Below, piece after piece: positions 1 through 5,832 of a stretch of 29,644 nucleotides of DNA; position 1 is the first letter of the stretch, and the number at the start of each line of letters is the position of its first letter. The position numbers and the translations under genes were made by a program. Below the pieces are notes generated by a model, which searched no databases, was not told the DNA's origin, and saw only the letters and a list, made by a program, of their open reading frames with translations. This stretch comes from a virus (taxonomy: Duplodnaviria > Caudoviricetes), in the IMG/VR virus record IMGVR_UViG_3300020180_000092, positions 1-29,644 of that record; one strand, 5' to 3'.

Positions 1-42
1 AAATTAAAGTAAAACTTAGCATCAATCTAATTTCTATATATA

Positions 43-147
43 CTAACTACTAGCTAGTAGCATATAAACAGAAGCAATTAAAAGCACTATAAATAACGTC
101 CATAAAAAAAGCAAAGTTATTAATAATTCTGTTCTATTATTCTTCAT
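43..147 (-). CDS. Small single-pass membrane protein (34 aa)
   Basis: Hand-translated, not in the ORF track: MKNNRTELLITLLFLWTLFIVLLIASVYMLLASS*. One hydrophobic stretch; its start overlaps the end of the 137..301 gene. Confidence 0.55.
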   Translation of the reverse strand: MKNNRTELLITLLFLWTLFIVLLIASVYMLLASS

Positions 148-301
148 TTTCTACATTTTTAGATTTAATATACATAACTACTAGAGATCGTACATATGCC
201 GAGAGGCTCATGTTTTTATTAACGGCCTCCTTATCTATTGCATTGTAATCTTCTTGTGTAAATCTTAAGCATACTATCTTTGTTTTTAGTATCTTACCCA
301 T
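137..301 (-). CDS. Ribbon-helix-helix (CopG/MobC-like) DNA-binding protein (54 aa)
   Basis: Hand-translated: MGKILKTKIVCLRFTQEDYNAIDKEAVNKNMSLSAYVRSLVVMYIKSKNVENEE*. Alternating beta strand (IVCLRF), helix A (QEDYNAIDKEA) and helix B (SLSAYVRSLV) match the RHH pattern. Confidence 0.75.
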   Translation of the reverse strand: MGKILKTKIVCLRFTQEDYNAIDKEAVNKNMSLSAYVRSLVVMYIKSKNVENEE

Positions 302-358
302 AACCTTTTAATAACTGGATTTAAATAATAACTAGACTAATCTCTTATAAGGTACGAA

Positions 359-785
359 CTAATCAGGTAAATTAAAATATCTAACATCGCTCCCCTTATA
401 TGCTTTGACAGAACTCCCCTCAAATGCGTACACAATACTTCCATTATGTGCTTCCACGACACTGCCCCCATATGCGTACACAATACTTCCCTTATATGCT
501 TTCGCAGAACTACCCCTAAATGCGGACACATCGCTTCCCCTATATGCTTCCACAGAACTCCCCTCATATGCAAACATATAACTCCCCTCAAGTGCTTGCA
601 CAGAACTGCCCGCATGTGCGTTTACAACACTACCCATCATGTGCTTGCACAAAGCCATTTTTTTTATCTCCTTTAACACTGACCGCTGTACTTTTAAGTA
701 TGTGGATCTCTGTTCTCTCCTCAAAAGAATTTGGTAGACTATCAAACTCCTCTTGTGTTGCTACTTCTATTGCTTTCATCTTCAT
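359..785 (-). pseudogene. 8-aa-repeat beta-solenoid-like protein, paralogue 1, frameshifted (141 aa and 12 repeats if repaired)
   Basis: ATG at 785 gives MKMKAIEVATQEEFDSLPNSFEERTEIHIL, as in the paralogues, but hits TAG at 630-632. Repeats continue in the +1 frame to 359. The span is 427 nt = 142 codons + 1 nt. Confidence 0.8.
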
Positions 786-885
786 CGTTTTTGTCGTTAC
801 CGACTTAATAAGTTATAAATAATTGTAATACATTACTGTGTAGTTTGTCAAGTGTCTTGGACCGAAAGCTCACCGAATACTTAGC
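786..885 (-). promoter_or_regulatory. Regulatory cassette copy 1: operator-like direct repeats, sigma70 promoter, leader hairpin
   Basis: Minus strand: TTCGGT at 872-877 and 861-866, TTGACA at 846-851, 18-nt spacer, TACAAT at 822-827, hairpin GTCG-GTAA-CGAC at 793-804. Confidence 0.8.
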
Positions 886-1488
886 TTAATTTTGGTAAGT
901 AACATAACTCCCCTCATATGCGACCACATCGCTCTCCCCACATGCTTTCACAGAACTACCCTCAAATGCGAACACACGACTACCGGTATATGCGAGCACA
1001 TCGCTCCCAGCATATGCGACCACAATACTCCACATATATGCGACCACATGACTACCCGCATGTGCGACCACATAACTCCACTCATGTGCGTACACATCGC
1101 TACCCTCAAATGCGGACACAGAACTCCCTTTAAATGCTTTCACAGAACTCCCTTTAAATGCTTTCACAGAACTCCCAGCATATGCGTACACAATACTACC
1201 CACATGTGCGACCACAATACTCCCCATTCTTGCGACCACACGACTACCCCCAAATGCGTCTACACGACTCCCCACATGTGCGACCACATGACTCCCCCCA
1301 CATGCTTTGACAGAACTCCCCTCAAATGCTTCCACAGAACCCCCATCATATACGAACACAGAACCCCCATCTCCTTTAACTTTAACCGTTGCACCTTTAA
1401 GTATGTGGATCTCTGTTCTCTCCTCAAAAGAATTTGGTAAATTATCGAACTCTTTTTGCGTTGTTACTTCTATTGCTTTCATCTTCAT
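886..1488 (-). CDS. 8-aa-repeat beta-solenoid-like protein, paralogue 2 (200 aa, 20 repeats)
   Basis: 40-aa conserved N-terminus plus 20 x (G-S-x-V-x-A-x-x), ending GSYVTYQN. Preceded by cassette copy 2. Confidence 0.85.
   Translation of the reverse strand: MKMKAIEVTTQKEFDNLPNSFEERTEIHILKGATVKVKGDGGSVFVYDGGSVEAFEGSSVKACGGSHVVAHVGSRVDAFGGSRVVARMGSIVVAHVGSIVYAYAGSSVKAFKGSSVKAFKGSSVSAFEGSDVYAHEWSYVVAHAGSHVVAYMWSIVVAYAGSDVLAYTGSRVFAFEGSSVKACGESDVVAYEGSYVTYQN
1117..1176. repeat. Perfect 24-nt tandem duplication (2.5 units) in paralogue 2
   Basis: cacagaactccctttaaatgcttt at 1117-1140 and 1141-1164, plus a half unit; encodes GSSVKAFK twice. Confidence 0.9.
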
Positions 1489-1588
1489 TGTTTTTGTCGT
1501 TACCGACTTAATAAGTTATAAATAATTGTAATACATTACTGTGTAGTTTGTCAAGTACCTTAGACCGAAAGCTTGCCGAATATTTAGC
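1489..1588 (-). promoter_or_regulatory. Regulatory cassette copy 2
   Basis: Minus strand: TTCGGC at 1575-1580, TTCGGT at 1564-1569, TTGACA at 1549-1554, 18 nt, TACAAT at 1525-1530, hairpin at 1496-1507. Confidence 0.8.
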
Positions 1589-2029
1589 TTAATTTTGATA
1601 AGTAACATAACTCCCCTTGTATGCGTCTACACGACTCCCCACATGTGCGACCACACGACTCCCAGCATATGCGACCACATCGCTCCCAGCATATGCGACC
1701 ACAATACTCCCCGCATGTGCGAACACAAAACTTCCATCAAATGCGTACACAGAACTCCCCTCAAATGCTCCCATAGAACTCCCCTTATATGCTCCCACAG
1801 AACTGCCCTCATATGCTCCCACAGAACTCCCCTCAAATGCTTTCACATAACCCCCATCATATACGAACACAGAACTCCCATCATGTGCGACCACAAGACC
1901 ATTTTCTTTACCTCCTTCAACTTTAACCCTTGCACTTTTAAGTATGTGGATCTCTGTTCTCTCCTCAAAAGAATTTGGTAGACTATCAAACTCCTCTTGC
2001 GTTGCTACTTCTATTGCTTTCATCTTCAT
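1589..2029 (-). CDS. 8-aa-repeat beta-solenoid-like protein, paralogue 3 (146 aa, 13 repeats)
   Basis: 42-aa conserved N-terminus plus 13 repeats ending GSYVTYQN. Confidence 0.85.
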   Translation of the reverse strand: MKMKAIEVATQEEFDSLPNSFEERTEIHILKSARVKVEGGKENGLVVAHDGSSVFVYDGGYVKAFEGSSVGAYEGSSVGAYKGSSMGAFEGSSVYAFDGSFVFAHAGSIVVAYAGSDVVAYAGSRVVAHVGSRVDAYKGSYVTYQN

Positions 2030-2068
2030 CGTTTTTGTCGTTGCCGACTTAATAAGTTATAAATAATT
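2030..2068 (-). promoter_or_regulatory. Truncated cassette copy 3 (leader and hairpin only, no promoter)
   Basis: Same leader as the other copies up to ...ttataaataatt (2068), then the stop codon of the 145-aa gene. Hairpin GTCG-GCAA-CGAC at 2037-2048. Confidence 0.8.
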
Positions 2069-2504
2069 AAACTAATTTCTGGATTGTAGATTTTAACTTT
2101 TCCAAAACCAAATCTCTTTCGGCTATCTTTTTAGTCTCGAATTTTTGGATCTCTGTAATAATCAAATCTAGGTCGTTTACTAGATTCTTAAACTGTTTAA
2201 ATGTTGCGTATGTTATCCAGCTTCCGTTATAATCTCTACATAGTCTATAGCCTGTTTTACCTGTGCCTACTTCAGACCAATTTATGCAATCTAAATATCC
2301 GTTGTTTGTAGGACAGAAGAAAACTTGATTCTCTTGCTGTGACTTTCCTAGCTTTAACTCATACTTATCCCCGATAACTTCCATCCCTAAATCTTGCATC
2401 GCTTCTATAATAGACCCCACGATAGGATTAACAGTCTTGAATAGTTTTGTAGATGTTCTCTGAAAATCTTGTCTATTTCTTATGTATGTTGTAATATCTT
2501 TCAT
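2067..2504 (-). CDS. Hypothetical protein (145 aa)
   Basis: Clean ORF with an AT-rich leader and a helical C-terminus; no recognised motif. Confidence 0.75.
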   Translation of the reverse strand: MKDITTYIRNRQDFQRTSTKLFKTVNPIVGSIIEAMQDLGMEVIGDKYELKLGKSQQENQVFFCPTNNGYLDCINWSEVGTGKTGYRLCRDYNGSWITYATFKQFKNLVNDLDLIITEIQKFETKKIAERDLVLEKLKSTIQKLV

Positions 2505-2531
2505 GATTTTATAATTTATTGTAATAAGTAA

Positions 2532-2567
2532 TTAAGTTAATCTCTCATCTTCGCTGCACCTCTTCAT
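2532..2567 (-). CDS. 11-aa micro-ORF (MKRCSEDERLT) behind cassette copy 4; possible gene remnant
   Basis: ATG AAG sits at the position equivalent to the starts of the repeat genes; TAA at 2532-2534. Confidence 0.35.
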   Translation of the reverse strand: MKRCSEDERLT

Positions 2568-2667
2568 TGTTTTTTTGTCGTTACCGACTTAATAAGTTAT
2601 AAATAATTGTAATACAATGTAATGCACTTTGTCAAGTGTCTTGGACCGAAAGCTTACCGAATACAGC
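2568..2667 (-). promoter_or_regulatory. Regulatory cassette copy 4
   Basis: Minus strand: TTCGGT at 2656-2661 and 2645-2650, TTGACA at 2630-2635, 18 nt (spacer sequence diverged, boxes conserved), TACAAT at 2606-2611, hairpin at 2577-2588. Confidence 0.8.
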
Positions 2668-2671
2668 GAAG

Positions 2672-2699
2672 TTGTAAAATAGGCTACAAGTGCTAAAAT
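2672..2699 (+). promoter_or_regulatory. Putative rightward promoter for the terminase operon
   Basis: TTGTAA at 2672-2677, 16 nt, TGc-TAAAAT extended -10 at 2691-2699. The ATG is at 2708, so the transcript would be nearly leaderless. Confidence 0.5.
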
Positions 2700-2707
2700 A
2701 AAAGCAA

Positions 2708-3166
2708 ATGGAAGCAAAAAAGCAAGATTTTACGATAAAACAGCTCATGGGAAGGCATAAAAAGGTCTTAACATTAGAAGTATTATCTAAATTAGAGGAA
2801 GCGCTAAAAAATGATTTTACAATCCAAGAAGCTTGCATATACGCAGGCATAAACGACTCTAGCTACTATAACTATCAGGTCATGTCTACACAATTTAGAT
2901 TGAAAATGGAACGTGTGCGGTCTTTTGTTTCTTTTGCTGCAAAAAGAAACGTCGCTAAAGCCGTTGTGGAAGGGTCTACAGAAGATTCTTGGCGATACCT
3001 AGAGCGAAGGCAAAAAAAGTTATACTCTACTAGGTCAGAACTTTCAGGCGACGACGGGGAACCCCTAAAAATGGAGGTTAATATAACAAATTTTAAAGGA
3101 TTGTCGGATGAGGAATTACAGAAACTTGCTAGAGAAGCGGCTGGAGCGGATACAGAAGGCAAATAG
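2708..3166 (+). CDS. terS: Terminase small subunit
   Basis: HTH (TIQEACIYAGINDSSYYNY), WRYLERR helix, ELSGDDGEPL and LSDEEL motifs typical of TerS; overlaps the large subunit gene. Confidence 0.8.
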   Translation: MEAKKQDFTIKQLMGRHKKVLTLEVLSKLEEALKNDFTIQEACIYAGINDSSYYNYQVMSTQFRLKMERVRSFVSFAAKRNVAKAVVEGSTEDSWRYLERRQKKLYSTRSELSGDDGEPLKMEVNITNFKGLSDEELQKLAREAAGADTEGK

Positions 3167-4649
3167 CGACCAGCTTTATAGACGAGATCTCTTGCTAGAG
3201 TGCGCATCCGACGATCTTTTATGGTTCGACACTTTTGCTTGGACCTACGATCCCCGAAATAAAATAGCTAAACTGCCGCTTATGCTCTACGAGGGGCAGC
3301 AAATCGAGTATTTGAGATACTTAGAATCTTTATTAAAAAATCCGCGCGATGGTTTTGTGGATAAGCCTCGAGATGTAGGGATCACAGTCATAACTATGAA
3401 TTTTTTGCTAAAGCATTGGCTGATGGATGATTTTTTTAATGCCCGCGTAGGATCTAGAAAAGAGGATTATGTAGATTCTGCAGGAGATCCAGATACCTTG
3501 TTCTATAAGCTAGACTATACAATTAGAGAATTACCTGCGTGGATGAAACCCCAAGATTTTCGGATGGAAAAGAACAGAACATACTTAAAGTTAACTAATC
3601 CTGCGAACGATAACACTATTACAGGGGAATCAGCTAATCCCAGCTTTGCTAGAGGCGGAAGGCAAACGATGGTTCTGTTCGACGAATTTGGATTCTGGGG
3701 ATGGGCTAGGCCCGCGTGGGAATCAGCGGGAGATGTAACAAAGATTAGACTTGCAGTTACTACCCCCCCCGATAACGGCAAGACTTCGCACGCGTATAAA
3801 TTAATAGCAGGCTTAGCGGGTAAAGTAGATGTGTTCTCTATCGATTACTCAGCTATCCCTGCTAAAGGCGCCGAATGGCTTAAAGAGCAAAGAGGTAGAA
3901 GGTCCAAAGAAGAGTTTGAGCGGGAAATCTTAAAGTCTTATACAGGGTCTATGGAGGGAAAGGTTTATTTGTCAGAATGGCAAAAAAGCGTTAAACTTTC
4001 CGACGTTAATTACAACCCAAACCTACCGCTATTCATTTCGTGGGATTTCGGATTGGATACCACCGCATTGATCTGGTGGCAAAAGGATATGGCGAAAAAG
4101 AAGCTATACATAATAGATTGCTATAGTAATGTTAATAAGTCTATAGATTTCTATATCCCTTTTGTAACAGGACAAGCGATTTCAGGGACGCATATTTATA
4201 CACAAGAAGACATTAGCAAGATTCAGTCGCACGTGGACTTTAAGAAAGACGTTAGCCATTTTGGGGATCCTAACGTAGACAGCAGAAGCGTAATAACAGG
4301 CAGCTCTACACAGACGGTATTAAATAAGTACAATATATATGTAACGTCTAAGCCTTGGGGCGGTAGGAGTCACAGAGATTTGAGAGAAAAGACAATACTG
4401 ATGCTTAGGTATACAGAAGTAGATCAGCGGCGTTGTGCGCCTTTAATAGACGCCATGGAAAATGCTCGATATCCTAGGAGATCTGAGGACTCGCAATCTA
4501 CAGCAGAGGTTAATAAACCGATACACGATTATACTTCTCACTACCGTACGGCCGTGGAATATTTTGCAGATAACGAACCACAATACTTAAGTAGAGAAGA
4601 GGAAAAGATAGAACCGATTAGAGGGTATCGGCCTAACGGCGGATACTAG
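3108..4649 (+). CDS. terL: Terminase large subunit
   Basis: Walker A variant KPRDVGIT, Walker B VLFDE, coupling motif VTTP, RNase H-like nuclease ISWDFG and C-terminal HDYTSHYRTAVEY. Confidence 0.93.
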   Translation: MRNYRNLLEKRLERIQKANSDQLYRRDLLLECASDDLLWFDTFAWTYDPRNKIAKLPLMLYEGQQIEYLRYLESLLKNPRDGFVDKPRDVGITVITMNFLLKHWLMDDFFNARVGSRKEDYVDSAGDPDTLFYKLDYTIRELPAWMKPQDFRMEKNRTYLKLTNPANDNTITGESANPSFARGGRQTMVLFDEFGFWGWARPAWESAGDVTKIRLAVTTPPDNGKTSHAYKLIAGLAGKVDVFSIDYSAIPAKGAEWLKEQRGRRSKEEFEREILKSYTGSMEGKVYLSEWQKSVKLSDVNYNPNLPLFISWDFGLDTTALIWWQKDMAKKKLYIIDCYSNVNKSIDFYIPFVTGQAISGTHIYTQEDISKIQSHVDFKKDVSHFGDPNVDSRSVITGSSTQTVLNKYNIYVTSKPWGGRSHRDLREKTILMLRYTEVDQRRCAPLIDAMENARYPRRSEDSQSTAEVNKPIHDYTSHYRTAVEYFADNEPQYLSREEEKIEPIRGYRPNGGY

Positions 4650-4665
4650 AGGACATGCAGATTAG

Positions 4666-4720
4666 CATTTGCGTAACAAAAGGCAGGAAAATCACCGTAG
4701 TTTAATACATTTGCGTAACA
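4666..4720. repeat. 13-bp direct repeat CATTTGCGTAACA, two copies 42 bp apart
   Basis: Exact copies at 4666-4678 and 4708-4720 in the intergenic gap after terL. Confidence 0.85.
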
Positions 4721-4824
4721 TTCCCACTTTTTACTATAGGGCAACCTAAAATTTGAGGGTGGAGGTGGTGATCTATTTAACTTAGTGCTAGTATTATTTT
4801 AATTAAATTTAGTACAACCAAATT

Positions 4825-5379
4825 ATGGAGTACAAGATAACTAATGTTTCGGATGTAACCGTGAAAGTTAAGTGGACTATTCCACTCCTAAGCGAAAAGG
4901 ATCGCAGCGATTGGGAGGAATATAAATTAAGTGCTGATTTTATAGGACAGCTCGATGAGGAGAAGATAGCAAATAGCAAAACACCGATGGCTAAGAGATT
5001 TACCAACTGGCTATCTGGAAAAGCGCTAGGGTCTATGTTTAGGGAAACTTACATAGTAAACGGGATTAAATCGGTAGTGCCAGCTTATTTTTTTACAATT
5101 AAAGCAGGCGAAGCAATAACACTGTCTGAGGAGAGAATGGAGCAATTAAAATACCTGGTACGAAAAGAGATTGTGCAAAATGAGGACACTATAAAGCGTT
5201 CAGGCGGTAAGTTAAAAAATCCGCAATTTGAGGGTTTCTTAACAATAGAGCTGGTCGACGAATCGGAATGGCGAGGTCTGAACAGGAAATCTTTAATTGC
5301 AAGGGCTTTGAAGGCTAAATTAGATCATGACCCAGAAGCAACGAGGGACGAGCTTATAAAACTATTAGAGAGTAATTAA
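4825..5379 (+). CDS. Hypothetical protein with C-terminal HeH/LEM/Rho-N-like helical domain
   Basis: C-terminus LNRKSLIARA...ATRDELIKLL matches the helix-extension-helix pattern. Confidence 0.65.
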   Translation: MEYKITNVSDVTVKVKWTIPLLSEKDRSDWEEYKLSADFIGQLDEEKIANSKTPMAKRFTNWLSGKALGSMFRETYIVNGIKSVVPAYFFTIKAGEAITLSEERMEQLKYLVRKEIVQNEDTIKRSGGKLKNPQFEGFLTIELVDESEWRGLNRKSLIARALKAKLDHDPEATRDELIKLLESN

Positions 5380-5383
5380 AGTA

Positions 5384-5635
5384 ATGCAGCCTAGTATGGT
5401 TACCTGCGACCAGTGCAAATCTAGTGTAACTTACAAGCAGGCGGCGATAGTGTATAAGAAATCTTTAGGGAAAACGCTTACCTTATGCCCTGAATGTAAT
5501 CACACTTTTTACGGGCATGAGGTGCGGAATGTTACAATTAGCAAACAGAATCTAATAATCGCAAATCTATCCGATTTAAACGAATTAAAGAAGGATCTAG
5601 AGACTTGGAATAATACATTATTAGAAATAACATGA
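5384..5635 (+). CDS. Zinc-ribbon protein
   Basis: CDQC...CPEC; ATGA overlap with the next gene. Confidence 0.7.
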   Translation: MQPSMVTCDQCKSSVTYKQAAIVYKKSLGKTLTLCPECNHTFYGHEVRNVTISKQNLIIANLSDLNELKKDLETWNNTLLEIT

Positions 5636-5832
5636 AACTAAATCTAACATTTAAAGAGAGCGAGGGCGTTGTTTCAGAAACAGTAGATTGTAGCTTTGAA
5701 GAAAGTAAGATCCTACTAGAAATACATAGGTTTCTACAAAATAACGATTTTGGCGAGTTGACTATAAAGAAGCATAATAATTCAATTACTTTAATTATAG
5801 GTAATAAACAACAATTCACATTTAATGGCTAA
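5632..5832 (+). CDS. Small hypothetical protein (possibly DUF2292-like)
   Basis: FGELTIKKHNNSITLI resembles DUF2292 by eye; coupled to both neighbours. Confidence 0.55.
   Translation: MKLNLTFKESEGVVSETVDCSFEESKILLEIHRFLQNNDFGELTIKKHNNSITLIIGNKQQFTFNG

Noticed and set aside
630-632. TAG recoding or readthrough in paralogue 1
   Set aside because: Reading through in frame gives non-repeat sequence (CCKRTCGQF); the repeats are in the +1 frame, and TAG terminates other genes such as terS and terL.
337-745. ORF-track calls 359..745 and 337..615 as independent genes
   Set aside because: 359..745 is the out-of-frame 3' part of paralogue 1 with a spurious start; 337..615 is an alternative-frame shadow of the repeats.
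446-1981. Plus-strand Cys/His-rich ORFs (446..676, 892..1440, 1595..1981) with CxH every 8 residues, resembling metal- or heme-binding repeats
   Set aside because: Antisense shadows of the 24-nt repeats. Promoters, leaders and the conserved N-terminus are all on the minus strand, and there are no CxxCH motifs.
359-2029. Diversity-generating retroelement (TR/VR pair)
   Set aside because: No reverse transcriptase in the window, and the variation is in repeat order and number rather than adenine-specific substitution.
359-2667. CRISPR array
   Set aside because: The 24-nt units are contiguous, degenerate and coding, with no spacers; the long repeats are separated by whole genes; no cas genes.
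786-2667. Integron attC sites or IS ends
   Set aside because: No integrase or transposase in the window and no long attC-like inverted repeat; the element is explained by promoter and leader motifs.
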